NCBI GenBank assembly: GCA_016861245.1
Contig: BOKZ01000001.1
Location: 188,347-252,346, forward strand
Length of the DNA: 64,000 nt
DNA from: Patescibacteria group bacterium
GTDB lineage: Bacteria > Patescibacteriota > UBA1384 > 2-12-FULL-50-11
Reading direction: 5' to 3'
Shown here: piece after piece, positions 47,569-57,712 of the stretch
Layout of the letters: the number at the start of each line of letters is the position of its first letter
Numbering within the stretch: position 1 is the stretch's first letter
Translations under genes and position numbers: made by a program
Notes under the pieces: model-generated
Told to the model about the DNA's origin: nothing
The model's database searches: none
Seen by the model: the letters and a program-made list of their open reading frames with translations, nothing else

Positions 47569-48927
47569 ATGTCGAGTATTTTGTGGAAACAAGTTTTAGA
47601 CACCCTTGAGGCTACCACGAGCCGCCCGAACTTTATTACCTGGATTAAACCAACTGATCTACTTGAGTTAAAAAATAACTTGGCGCGCATCTCAATACCA
47701 AACCACTACGCTAAAAACTGGATCGAGAAGAACGCCACAAAACAACTTCTCTTGGCGCTACAGCAACACCACCCGGAGATCGAGAATATTGAGCTAGTTT
47801 TAGTAGAACCAGAGCCAAAAAAGGACTACGCCGAATTACCACTGCTTTCAAATCAAACAGAGGTGGAGCAATTTGAGACTGAAAACGTAGCTAAAAAAAA
47901 TGTGGAAGTACCTTCTTTCAACTCTCGGTATACATTTGAGAATTTTATTGTGGGCAATAACAATCGCCTCGCCTTCGCTGCCTCCCAAGCTGTGGCTGAG
48001 AAACTTGGTCAGGCGTATAACCCACTGTTTATCTACGGCGGTGTGGGGCTGGGTAAGACACATCTTATGCACGCCATCGGCAATAGGGTATTAGAGAGCT
48101 CCCCAAAAAAGAAAATCATCTACATTTCATGTGAGACTTTCACGGGAGAATTTATTAACGCCCTACAAACAAAGACCATCACCGAATTCAAGCGCAAGTA
48201 CCGGACCGCTGATGTGTTGTTAATCGACGATATTCAGTTTTTAGCCAACAAAGAGGGGACTCAAGAGGAGTTCTTTCACACATTTAATATCCTCCACCAA
48301 GCGAATCGTCAGATTGTCTTAACATCCGACCGCGTGCCAAAAGAAATGACTGAGCTAGAAGACCGCCTAATCTCAAGATTCGGTTGGGGAATGATAGCTG
48401 ATATCCAGTCGCCAAACTTCGAAACCCGTACTGCTATTTTGCAGTCGAAAGCGGAAGAAAAGGGCATTACTATTCCTCAGGAAGTATTAGAGTATATCGC
48501 TAATACTATCACTTCTAATGTCCGCGAACTTGAGGGGTCGTTAATTAAGCTTCATACCGCTTCGTTGGTTGAGGGTGAGGAGATTACAAAAGAGTTTGCC
48601 CAACGTGTTTTAAAAGACTTACTACAACAACCTAGTGGAGTGATTTCGAGTAAAAAGGTTTTGCGAGTTGTGGCTACGTATTTCAACTTAGAGGAGAGCG
48701 ATTTACTTGGTAATAAGAGAATTAAAGAGCTAGTCTACCCAAGACAGCTTATTATGTATTTTTTACGCGATAAACTCCGACAGTCGTTTCCACAAATTGG
48801 AGAAATATTAGGAGGAAAGGATCATACAACAATTATGTATGGGGTGACAAAGATTGAGAACCAAAAAAAGAAGGATCCTACTGTAGAAAAAGATATAAAA
48901 AATATACTAAACCTACTATATGAATAA
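47569..48927 (+). CDS. dnaA: chromosomal replication initiator protein DnaA
   Basis: AAA+ Walker A GGVGLGKTHLMHAIGN; sensor motifs; C-terminal DNA-binding domain. Confidence 0.95.
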   Translation: MSSILWKQVLDTLEATTSRPNFITWIKPTDLLELKNNLARISIPNHYAKNWIEKNATKQLLLALQQHHPEIENIELVLVEPEPKKDYAELPLLSNQTEVEQFETENVAKKNVEVPSFNSRYTFENFIVGNNNRLAFAASQAVAEKLGQAYNPLFIYGGVGLGKTHLMHAIGNRVLESSPKKKIIYISCETFTGEFINALQTKTITEFKRKYRTADVLLIDDIQFLANKEGTQEEFFHTFNILHQANRQIVLTSDRVPKEMTELEDRLISRFGWGMIADIQSPNFETRTAILQSKAEEKGITIPQEVLEYIANTITSNVRELEGSLIKLHTASLVEGEEITKEFAQRVLKDLLQQPSGVISSKKVLRVVATYFNLEESDLLGNKRIKELVYPRQLIMYFLRDKLRQSFPQIGEILGGKDHTTIMYGVTKIENQKKKDPTVEKDIKNILNLLYE

Positions 48928-48928
48928 T

Positions 48929-49168
48929 TGTGGATAAGATGTTAGTAAATATTGCCGAAACCAAACAAACATGGGATAACTGTCTTGAGATAACTGGTTT
49001 AGATTTCTATTCACAGACATTTCACAACTTTTCCACAATAACACCAATGTTTTCCACACTCGACAACCAAATAACTCCACAAACCCACAACACTTATAAT
49101 AATTACTTAGTCTCTTAACTACTTAACTAAAGAAATAAAAATAAACTCTCTCTCACTAAGAAATTAAT
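48929..49168. promoter_or_regulatory. predicted oriC: DnaA-box cluster plus AT-rich unwinding element between dnaA and dnaN
   Basis: Perfect TGTGGATAA at 48929-48937. TTTTCCACA at 49029-49037 and 49050-49058. CTCCACAA and ACCCACAA near 49074-49090. 49100-49168 is about 80% AT. Confidence 0.6.
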
Positions 49169-50251
49169 ATGAAATGTATTTGTGAAAAAGAAATTTTAAA
49201 AGAAGCAATTAATACCACGAGTCGATTAGTGAGTACTCGTTCAACCCTTCCAGTACTACAAGCGATCCTTATTACAACAGGGAAAAACAGCCTCATTCTA
49301 CGAACAACAGATCTTGAGCAAGCGCTGGAAGTGGAGATTCAATCCGAAATACAAGAAGGTGGTGCGGTCGCGGTTCCGGGTAAGATTATTACAGATTTTC
49401 TTCAGAATAATAACGACACTACCATTACTCTTGAGCTTGAAGACACTACTCTCGTAATTTCCTCTGCCAACCATAAAGCGAGGATTAAATCGTTCCCAGC
49501 CGAAGACTACCCAACCCCGCCGGTATTTACAGAAAAAACTTCCTTTAAACTACCGGCAAACTCACTTAAAAACGTTATTGAGCGCTGCGTTTTCGCCACA
49601 AGCCAAGACGATACTCGACCGATATTAACGGGGGTATTATTCCAGTTATCTAAAAATAAAATTACCGCCGTTGCAACAGACGGGTACCGATTAGCGATGC
49701 ATGAGTTGCCGCTCTCCCAAGAAGTTGAATCAGAATATATCTTTCCAAGAAGGGCGTTAGTTGAGTTGGCTAAACTTACTTCTGCTTCTGAGGTCACTTT
49801 TATTATTGGAGAAAACCAAGCTAGATTAGTAACGGGTAATACTGTATTAACAACACGTCTCCTAGATGGCGCTTTCCCGAACTATAAGGGGATATTACCT
49901 AAGAATCAGCGCGTTAAACTCCAACTTCGGTCGTCGGCTTTATTGCAAAATCTTCGGCTCGCCAGTATTTTTTCTCGGGACTCTGCCTATAGTACGAAAA
50001 TTGAGCTTCAAAAAGGAAGATTAATTATTAGCGCGGTTTCGGCCCAGGTAGGTGAAAGTAGTAACGAACTAACTATTAAGAGTACGGATGAGTTCTCTTT
50101 GTCTGTTAATGCACAGTATCTAATTGACGCACTCCAAGTAATTAATCAGGACATCACTCTTGGAGTAATCGATCAGAAGAGTCCAGTTGTTATTACGATT
50201 CCCGATGAGCCGTCGTATCTATATCTTGTGATGCCACTCAGGAATGAATAG
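49169..50251 (+). CDS. dnaN: DNA polymerase III beta sliding clamp
   Basis: 360 aa, three-domain beta-clamp pattern; position after dnaA. Confidence 0.88.
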   Translation: MKCICEKEILKEAINTTSRLVSTRSTLPVLQAILITTGKNSLILRTTDLEQALEVEIQSEIQEGGAVAVPGKIITDFLQNNNDTTITLELEDTTLVISSANHKARIKSFPAEDYPTPPVFTEKTSFKLPANSLKNVIERCVFATSQDDTRPILTGVLFQLSKNKITAVATDGYRLAMHELPLSQEVESEYIFPRRALVELAKLTSASEVTFIIGENQARLVTGNTVLTTRLLDGAFPNYKGILPKNQRVKLQLRSSALLQNLRLASIFSRDSAYSTKIELQKGRLIISAVSAQVGESSNELTIKSTDEFSLSVNAQYLIDALQVINQDITLGVIDQKSPVVITIPDEPSYLYLVMPLRNE

Positions 50252-51286
50252 ATGCTCACAACCCTATCGGTTAAAGATTTTCGAAGTTACGATAGCGCCA
50301 CTTTTTCTATCAAACCGCTAGTTATTATTACGGGACGTAACGGATCGGGAAAAACCACTTTAATTGAGGCGATTAGGGTATTATCGGTTGGGAAAAGCTT
50401 CCGTTCGAACCGGCTTGATGAAGTAATCCGGTTTAACCAGCCGTATCTACAAGTGACGGCAAATTGGAACGACGCCGAGTTAGATTTTTTCTACGGCACC
50501 CAGTTCACAGAGAATCCGATCAAGGAAAGAAGACTCCAAGTTAATAAGAAAGAAGATCAATATATCGATTATATCGGCCGTTTCCCATCGGTATTGTTTA
50601 TTCCAGAGCACCTAGAAATTATTTTAGGAGCGCCGTCAGAGCGCCGAAGATATTTTGACAGCGTTCTCTGGCAAGTTGATCGAGAATTTAGGCAGGCTCA
50701 CCTCGATTTACAACGCGTCTTAAAAGAAAGATCGGCGCTGTTATTTTTAATTAAAACAAAACGAGCCAAGATAGATGAACTCGAGCCATGGAGCGAGTTA
50801 TTAAGAGAAAAAACCGCGATAGTGCGCTCTGGTAGACAAAGATTCTCTGAGTATATCTCGCAAAAAATGGGTACCGATCTTCTCTATAGAGAAGATCTAA
50901 CGGTTACGGTAGTTAGTAAACCTGCTTTCACAGAAACTGAAGACTTAATTTTTCAAGAAATTGAAAGTGCGCAAAATCTGTTTGGGGCACATCGCGATGA
51001 AATCGAGATAGTATTTCAAGATCGTCCGGCGAGAAAATTCGCTTCTCGAGGACAGTCTAGAACGATTATTGCGGCTATTAAAGTAATCGAGGCACAGTTC
51101 TTGAAAGAGAACACAAATATAAAGCCCGTAATCTTATTAGATGATATTCTGTCTGAGCTTGATCAAACCAATACTGAGTTCGTGTTAAATAATTTCTCCA
51201 AAGATTTTCAAGTAATTGCCACGAGCGTCGAGCAAAGTAAGGAATTTAGTAATTATGAGGTTGTTGCAGTACAAAATGACGCTTGA
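50252..51286 (+). CDS. recF: DNA replication/repair protein RecF
   Basis: Walker A ITGRNGSGKTTLIEAI; SMC-like signature and Walker B (ILLDDILSELD). Confidence 0.9.
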   Translation: MLTTLSVKDFRSYDSATFSIKPLVIITGRNGSGKTTLIEAIRVLSVGKSFRSNRLDEVIRFNQPYLQVTANWNDAELDFFYGTQFTENPIKERRLQVNKKEDQYIDYIGRFPSVLFIPEHLEIILGAPSERRRYFDSVLWQVDREFRQAHLDLQRVLKERSALLFLIKTKRAKIDELEPWSELLREKTAIVRSGRQRFSEYISQKMGTDLLYREDLTVTVVSKPAFTETEDLIFQEIESAQNLFGAHRDEIEIVFQDRPARKFASRGQSRTIIAAIKVIEAQFLKENTNIKPVILLDDILSELDQTNTEFVLNNFSKDFQVIATSVEQSKEFSNYEVVAVQNDA

Positions 51287-51575
51287 ACGACTAAGTAATT
51301 TTTTAGGAAACGACTACCAAAAGAATTACCTGCAAAAAATATATCTAGCTCAAAAACTGCAAGAGCAGATTCAAAAAATCGTACCTGGTGAGTGCACGGT
51401 GATAATTAAGAGCCAGACGCTCGTAATAGAAGGGACGTCGTCAGTGTATTTACAGGCGCTAAAACTTCACCAGCGGGCTATATACGCTCAAATTAAGCGC
51501 ATTACGCCCGAACTCTACCGGACAGAGCGTCCAAAGTTACAGCTCCGACTAAAGCGATCTAATTATTCGTCGTGA
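51276..51575 (+). CDS. DUF721/DciA-like protein (putative helicase-loading factor)
   Basis: About 100 aa; overlaps the recF 3' end by 11 nt; pattern TVIIKSQTLVIEGTSSVYLQALKLHQRAIYAQIKRI resembles DUF721; start chosen at ATG 51276. Confidence 0.4.
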   Translation: MTLERLSNFLGNDYQKNYLQKIYLAQKLQEQIQKIVPGECTVIIKSQTLVIEGTSSVYLQALKLHQRAIYAQIKRITPELYRTERPKLQLRLKRSNYSS

Positions 51576-52161
51576 AATCAATAATAGTTGCTGGTATGGA
51601 ACTCGGGACTCCTCGCTCCTTTAACCAGTTCTTGGCGGCAGCCGCGACTATATCTCGCTCTTCTATATAGCTTTTTCCGTCTTTCGGGGTGGTAAAGCGA
51701 TGTTTCACTGAAACAGTAATCGCAGTAATTGACTCGTTATTATGGGTAGCTGAGATCAAGTAATCGATTGTTTCGTGCGGAAACAGCTCTAAATAGGGAA
51801 CTTTTTTAGAAGGGTCTCCTTGGTAGAGTTTAATAAAATCGTCTCCTGAGACCGGACGGAAGTAGAGCAATAACTTATTATCTTTCCCTCTTTCAACACT
51901 GTAGCTCACCGAAACAGGGGCTGAGCCGTTGCCCCAAGCTGTTACCGAGTAGCTTCCCGGTCTCACCCTAGTGCTATACGGTAACGAGCGACTATTTTTA
52001 TGAGAGTCTTTGCTAGTAGTTGCTACTAAACCGGTTTTTATTTGGCTACTTGGGTCTATGCCAATACTAAACGGTACTGTCCGGCTGTACCAAGTAATAA
52101 GCCAAACAAGTAGCCCAAGTGTCGCGATGCCCAAGACAATAATCACTTTTTTACTAATCAT
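51559..52161 (-). CDS. membrane-anchored hypothetical protein (T4SS-cluster associated)
   Basis: Start MISKKVIIVLGIATLGLLVWLI at 52161 with GGAGG RBS; ATGA overlap with the upstream gene stop. Confidence 0.4.
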   Translation of the reverse strand: MISKKVIIVLGIATLGLLVWLITWYSRTVPFSIGIDPSSQIKTGLVATTSKDSHKNSRSLPYSTRVRPGSYSVTAWGNGSAPVSVSYSVERGKDNKLLLYFRPVSGDDFIKLYQGDPSKKVPYLELFPHETIDYLISATHNNESITAITVSVKHRFTTPKDGKSYIEERDIVAAAAKNWLKERGVPSSIPATIIDFTTNN

Positions 52162-53423
52162 GGGTAGTTTACCTCCGTAGCGGCTGGCGGCTGTAAGCAA
52201 GGAATATGGCGCAAGAATTCGTACGGGTAATACCACGCGTCCCAATTGTACGTACCGCCGAGCGTTGGCCTATTATCGAGTCGTTTTGAGATACCAACAT
52301 GAAGGTGGTGAGCCTGCTCGCCGTTCGAGTTGCGTACGTAAACACCAACTTCCGCCAACTTATCACCCTTCTTTACCTGTTGTCCCTCTCTGACCGACGG
52401 CCGTTGCAAGTGGGTGTAGTACCAAAAGATATTATTTGTTTCTCTCACAGTTACTGACGTTGAGCTCTCCCCGTCACCGTCGTTATCGACCGAGACTTTT
52501 ACAACTTCGCCATCGCTGGCGCTAAAGACTCTAGTTCCAACAGGAGCCATTAAGTCGTAACCTTCGTGGCCGGCGTAGGTACCAGTTTTATAGGTACGCT
52601 TGCTAATTACATCACCCCAACCGCCGCGACCAGCGTTTCGGGCAGCCGATTCTTCCGCTACACAGGCATAATTACCCGTAGCCACACCAGCACCACCAGA
52701 AGACTCGCACTGTACCTGATTTTCGACTAACAACCTCACAATATTTAGCCTTTTGTAGTAAGGGTTGCCGTAAGAAGGATGTTTATACGACTCCTCCCAC
52801 CGTTTGCCGCTCTCGTCGTACTGCGTCCTCATAGCTGTAGCATAATTGTAAAACAGTCGAGTATTAATATTAGTTCCAGCTGGGCTGGCGTACATATCTT
52901 CGCCCTGCATCGCCCTTCGAACAGTTTTGTAAACACCCTCTAACTGCTTTTGCCAGCGCTCTTCAGTTGAGCCGCTCAAAACATCAGAACTAGCACCGCT
53001 GTCGTAATGCTTATAGCCAAAGGCTTTTTCTGGGTGCTTGAACTCCTGCTCACCCCACCAAATAGCGATTACGATAGCGGGGTTAATCCCCTCACTCTTA
53101 CCGCGCTCTAATATACTATTAATGTAATAGTCAAACTCTTTTGCGTCCGGCGTTTCCGAACGCATTTTGTTAATCTGGCTTAATCTGTAAGAATCTTTTT
53201 TTAAGATGGCGATCACTTCGCTAGGGTTAGCGCTAATCGAGGTGTCGCTAAAAGCGCTATCGGTTAGGAAACAACCATTACCCCCGAATGAGCCAGTCGG
53301 CTTATCAATCTTTGGTCCCAAGAATGTTGCTAAGAGGATAAACGGCATAATACTACCGACGATCAAGAGAATTGCGGCAAGCGCTACTATAACAATAACA
53401 ACGGCGTTGCCCCGGCGTTGCAT
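52158..53423 (-). CDS. secreted cell-wall hydrolase with C-terminal M23 (LytM) peptidase domain
   Basis: M23 motifs GYDLMAPVGTRVFSASDGEVVKV and AHHLHVGI (HxH); N-terminal TM anchor; start at 53423 forms a TAATG overlap with the giant gene. Confidence 0.65.
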   Translation of the reverse strand: MQRRGNAVVIVIVALAAILLIVGSIMPFILLATFLGPKIDKPTGSFGGNGCFLTDSAFSDTSISANPSEVIAILKKDSYRLSQINKMRSETPDAKEFDYYINSILERGKSEGINPAIVIAIWWGEQEFKHPEKAFGYKHYDSGASSDVLSGSTEERWQKQLEGVYKTVRRAMQGEDMYASPAGTNINTRLFYNYATAMRTQYDESGKRWEESYKHPSYGNPYYKRLNIVRLLVENQVQCESSGGAGVATGNYACVAEESAARNAGRGGWGDVISKRTYKTGTYAGHEGYDLMAPVGTRVFSASDGEVVKVSVDNDGDGESSTSVTVRETNNIFWYYTHLQRPSVREGQQVKKGDKLAEVGVYVRNSNGEQAHHLHVGISKRLDNRPTLGGTYNWDAWYYPYEFLRHIPCLQPPAATEVNYP

Positions 53424-56400
53424 TAGAAGAATCCCCCGAATGCGGCGTGAACCCAATCGGTGGTTTTTGTTGAACGCTGAGTGAAGCCAAGGCCGACGCG
53501 CGGGTTATTAGCTTCGCCTGGGCCAAAAACCTCAAGTGAGCGCGGGTAGAAGTACTCCGCGTTAGCTTGCCGGAAGGTAATAACCTGTACTGGCTTATTC
53601 GCACCTTGCTGTGATGCGCCGTAGTCCATGGTGGCTTCCAGAAGCTTCCCAGTAAAGTAGCGAGACCATGCCATCCAAAGTTTCGGGTCGTTCCCGTCTT
53701 TAAACGGTACGCCGTCGTCCCAGTCAAACGGATTCTCGCCCTCAGCCGGCGTGTCTTTAACCGGTTTATTTGGGTCGTTGTAGTAATCGCCGTAGTTGTA
53801 TTCCAGTTTGTCGTAATCTGGATCAAACTGGGCGTTAGCAAATCGATCTGGCGGCGGAATTGGGCAGAGATAGTCAACGCGGTACGTACCGAATAGGTAT
53901 ATCCCAGCAGCGATAATTAACCCTGCTGGTCCGAGTCCGGCTGCCATCGCGATCGCGCCGGCCACAGCGGCGTTTGTAAACCCAGGTGGCGCCTGGATGG
54001 CCTGGTCGATCGAGGCAAAGAACGCCTGGCAGGCTTCACATGCGTTTAAGGCGATGGTGATTGCCAGAACAGTCAGGTTTGCTTGCGCTTTTGCTAGGCT
54101 GGTCCGAGCGCTGTTAACCAGTGCGTCGCCGGTGCCCGTTAAGCCGGTCAGTGCTTGGACGGTTACGTTAATACCCTGAGCTGCGGCGTGAGCAGCGGTG
54201 AGCGCTCTTGAAGCGGTAATAATACCGTTAATTGCTTGATAAAGTTGGTAAACCGAACCAGCTGGTAGTCCGAGCGCTTTATCGGCCCATTGCGTAACTT
54301 TCCCGATAACAAAATCTCTTCCTAAGTCCGTAAGAGACGGGACGACGACGCGGCCGTCAATCACCAGACCCTTATTAAAGTCGAACCCATTTTGAGAGGC
54401 GTAGTAGATAGATTTAACAAATCCGCTCGGCAGTTCTTGGATCCCAAGGGTGTTAGAGAACCAGGAGTCTAGATAGTTCCACATCCCCTGATACTCGCTA
54501 GCAGTAAAGAAGTTGTCTCGGTTACTGTTTCTTACGAATTGGTAGAAAGTCTTTACGAAGTCACTCGTGAACGGACCGAGGCCGATATCAAGCCGGCTAA
54601 TGAAGGCCCCAACTATTCCGTCAACCTCACGTGAAGTTAACTCGCCTTTATATAACTTCTCGAGCATACCTATTTGGTAGCCTGGCACGAGCGCCGCTAA
54701 TTCTGGATCAAGGTAGGCAAAGACAGCGCTTGTTAGCATTGCCGCCCGCTCTTTATCTGAGCCGCTGAACATAACTCTTGAGAAATCAACGGGTACAAGA
54801 ATGCCGGCTTGACGGAGGAACGCGTCAGAGATTTTATATTTTGTGTTATCGCGTGCGGTTTGGGTTAATTCTTTTCGAGCGCTGTCCTGGTAGAGTTTTC
54901 GGGTCGATTCGGAAAGTTGCATAAACTCGTTAACTTCCATATTTGATCCAGTTTGCTCGTTGAAGAGCGCAACCGCCGCGGCGTTAATCGCATCGCTGTC
55001 GGCAAAGTTAAGTGCGCTTCGGAGCTCTTCGTACGAGAGCTTGCCCTCTTCTGGTAGATATTTATTAGCGAACTCGCTCCACATCGCCGAAGACCAGTGC
55101 TCTAAAGCTTGACGGTAATCACCGTCGATAAAGTTCTCGATGTCGTTGACGTACTCTATTGGAATTCCGGTCGCTTTTGCTAACTTCGCGATCAAACTTC
55201 GTTTCTCGAAATCATTTAAATCGCCGCTAAACGCCCGCGTGATCTGGTTGGCTAATGTCTTTAGCGCGTCTTCGTCGAAGCCGTCGAGTTTAAGCCCGAG
55301 CGCGCCGGCGAGCTGCTTTATCCCTTCGGCAATCAACAACTTAGTGCCGGTTTGTGTATCGCCGAGCGCAAACGCTAAGAACGTATCTCTAGTGAAATTA
55401 GCTTGTCGATCGAGAAACCGTCCCACGAGCGTCACACTGAAATTTAAGGCTTTCGCCCTATCTTCCAGGGGTGCGTTCTCCCAGTTACGAATTGTATCAA
55501 GCAGGAACTGCGCTTCCTGAGTTTTGATTCTAAGTGTTTCGTCAAGGTCGAAATAGTTCCAAATTTGGTCAACACCGATATTAATAAGATTCTCACCACC
55601 GGCTTTTTTAATTAGACTCTTAGTGTCGATCGCGCCGTTCACGAACTGCTCGGTCGTACCGATCGGGACACCAAGAATTAAGTCGGTGTACTCCCATTCT
55701 TCGTAATCGCTGCCAAAATACCGCTCCAGATCGTTACCAGAAAAACTGCCGGCGCTTGGCCGATCTTTCAGATAACCAGCAGGTAGCCCAAGGCGCTGCT
55801 CAACAATCGCTTGCCCGTAGTTTCCTTGAAGATCTCCTGTTAGCGGGATAGTGGTGCCCCGGTCTAAACCAAGTAGACTTGTGATCGAGTTGCCAAACAC
55901 CTCTTGCAGCGCGATTTCTAACTTCTTCTCACCCTTAATCACTTGGTAACCGGTACCTATGTTCCAGCCGATAATATTATCAGCTTGGGCGCCGCCGACT
56001 TTTTGCAAGACGCTTAAGCCATCACCCCTAACAACGGCTTGGACATCTTGCGCCGAAAGCTGGTTCTGTGGGTCGAGTTCAAGCTCCTTATTAATAAAGT
56101 TCGTTAGAACGCCGATTGACTTTGAGTTAAACTTGCCTCGAGTTAGATCGCGGGCGCTCGAAAAATCCAATCCTGTTTGTTCGGCGATAACGCTGGCGGC
56201 GATGTTATCCTTCAAATACCCAAGAGTTATCTCCTTGCCGGCTAGCAGGTCACGTACTACGCCGTTACCGATTGCCCGGTACTGACCCGGTATTCCTTTA
56301 ACAGCTGCTTCTCTGAGAAAGTTGTAGCCGTAGTCGCGTAGTTCTGTTAGTGCCGCCTGCTGTTTAGCTTTATCTTCAGCGAAAAGTTTAGCCAAAGAGG

Positions 56401-57712
56401 CGATCGGAACACTCCGATCGATCGGGGCGTTTTCGAGGGTGATAGGCGGCGTAGTTCTGGCTCTAGTTGCAGATTCTAACGCTTGGCGCTGTTGATCAGT
56501 TAGCCGAAAAGCGTCAGCTAAAACGTTGACGCCGGCCCAAATTAGCCCCTCTGTATCGTTTCGCTGGATTTTATCGATCGTACCGGTTATCACTCCGAAA
56601 GCCGCGTCTTTTTTCTCGAGAGCGCTAAAGACGCCTTTAACCGTTTCGATCTTGTTCATATCTTCGAGTGAGTGGGTGTCTAGAAAGAGCGTCGGTAGTC
56701 CGGTAGCGTTTTCGACTGTACGCTTACCGGCACTTTCCAGTATCTGTCGCCACCCACTTCCTCGGAGTGTTCCGGGCGGAACGCCGAGTAGCATCTCGAT
56801 ATTAGCGCGGGCGATCGCGATGCGAGTGTCTTGGTCGTTGTCAGCGATCGAGAAGCCTTCGGGTAGCCCAGGAATAATTTTGTGTAAATAGCTAGCACCG
56901 ATTGAGCGTATAAGTGAATCTGCTAACGGGTCGCTTGTAATCGAGCCACCGCCAAACTCCTTGAGTAGAATATTAGCGCCGACGTACAGTAAAACATCTT
57001 CCAACCGCAAGCCCTTACCGAACTCAGCGAGAAAATCCATCTCGCCAGATTCGTTTAACATCTGCATAATTCCGTCGGTACCGAGCGTACCGGCGATCTC
57101 AGTTAAGCTTGGTCCACGTGGCGTCGGGTTTCGAGCGATACCGTCACGGCTCTGCCAAGCCACTTTTATTGGCTTAGCGCGCTGAAAACGAGTTTTGTTA
57201 CCACCGAGATGCCGTCGCTCAACGAGTTTGCAGGTTATCTTACCGACTTCAGAGATATCGACCGCCTGGCCAGTGCTGTGCGCCGAGACAATTCCGACAT
57301 CTTCTTCGATCGCGTCGAGCGATTCTCGATCGTACTTACCACGTCCGTCGGTATCGTAATTTTTGAGTATCCGTTGGGCCTTAATGTACGGTAGCCCGGC
57401 ACCGCCGAACTCCTTTGGCTTAACGAGATAAATCAAGTAGTCGGTAACCCGAACGTCAACTCGACCCTCCTCGATCGCCGCTCGATCTTGTGGCGAGAGC
57501 TGAATCTTGTCTTCCGTATCGAAGATCCACTCAAGATCGAGAACTGAGTCGGCGTCGGCGGTAACCCCGGTTGGGGCGACGTCTTCTAGTGAGTCAAGTT
57601 CCTCTTCGCTTGGTTGCGCTTGTGCTAGTGCCGTGCTTGTAACAAGAATCGGCTGGAACCCAAGCGTTAAAGTAAGAATAGCGCCAATTAATAGTTTATA
57701 AGCCCCTACCAT
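53423..57712 (-). CDS. giant secreted protein (1429 aa), T4SS-associated; function unknown
   Basis: N-terminal signal peptide (…ALAQAQP); long largely alpha/coil body; hydrophobic helices near the C-terminus (AVAGAIAMAAGLGPAGLIIAAGIYLFG); 1-nt overlaps at both ends. Confidence 0.6.
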   Translation of the reverse strand: MVGAYKLLIGAILTLTLGFQPILVTSTALAQAQPSEEELDSLEDVAPTGVTADADSVLDLEWIFDTEDKIQLSPQDRAAIEEGRVDVRVTDYLIYLVKPKEFGGAGLPYIKAQRILKNYDTDGRGKYDRESLDAIEEDVGIVSAHSTGQAVDISEVGKITCKLVERRHLGGNKTRFQRAKPIKVAWQSRDGIARNPTPRGPSLTEIAGTLGTDGIMQMLNESGEMDFLAEFGKGLRLEDVLLYVGANILLKEFGGGSITSDPLADSLIRSIGASYLHKIIPGLPEGFSIADNDQDTRIAIARANIEMLLGVPPGTLRGSGWRQILESAGKRTVENATGLPTLFLDTHSLEDMNKIETVKGVFSALEKKDAAFGVITGTIDKIQRNDTEGLIWAGVNVLADAFRLTDQQRQALESATRARTTPPITLENAPIDRSVPIASLAKLFAEDKAKQQAALTELRDYGYNFLREAAVKGIPGQYRAIGNGVVRDLLAGKEITLGYLKDNIAASVIAEQTGLDFSSARDLTRGKFNSKSIGVLTNFINKELELDPQNQLSAQDVQAVVRGDGLSVLQKVGGAQADNIIGWNIGTGYQVIKGEKKLEIALQEVFGNSITSLLGLDRGTTIPLTGDLQGNYGQAIVEQRLGLPAGYLKDRPSAGSFSGNDLERYFGSDYEEWEYTDLILGVPIGTTEQFVNGAIDTKSLIKKAGGENLINIGVDQIWNYFDLDETLRIKTQEAQFLLDTIRNWENAPLEDRAKALNFSVTLVGRFLDRQANFTRDTFLAFALGDTQTGTKLLIAEGIKQLAGALGLKLDGFDEDALKTLANQITRAFSGDLNDFEKRSLIAKLAKATGIPIEYVNDIENFIDGDYRQALEHWSSAMWSEFANKYLPEEGKLSYEELRSALNFADSDAINAAAVALFNEQTGSNMEVNEFMQLSESTRKLYQDSARKELTQTARDNTKYKISDAFLRQAGILVPVDFSRVMFSGSDKERAAMLTSAVFAYLDPELAALVPGYQIGMLEKLYKGELTSREVDGIVGAFISRLDIGLGPFTSDFVKTFYQFVRNSNRDNFFTASEYQGMWNYLDSWFSNTLGIQELPSGFVKSIYYASQNGFDFNKGLVIDGRVVVPSLTDLGRDFVIGKVTQWADKALGLPAGSVYQLYQAINGIITASRALTAAHAAAQGINVTVQALTGLTGTGDALVNSARTSLAKAQANLTVLAITIALNACEACQAFFASIDQAIQAPPGFTNAAVAGAIAMAAGLGPAGLIIAAGIYLFGTYRVDYLCPIPPPDRFANAQFDPDYDKLEYNYGDYYNDPNKPVKDTPAEGENPFDWDDGVPFKDGNDPKLWMAWSRYFTGKLLEATMDYGASQQGANKPVQVITFRQANAEYFYPRSLEVFGPGEANNPRVGLGFTQRSTKTTDWVHAAFGGFF

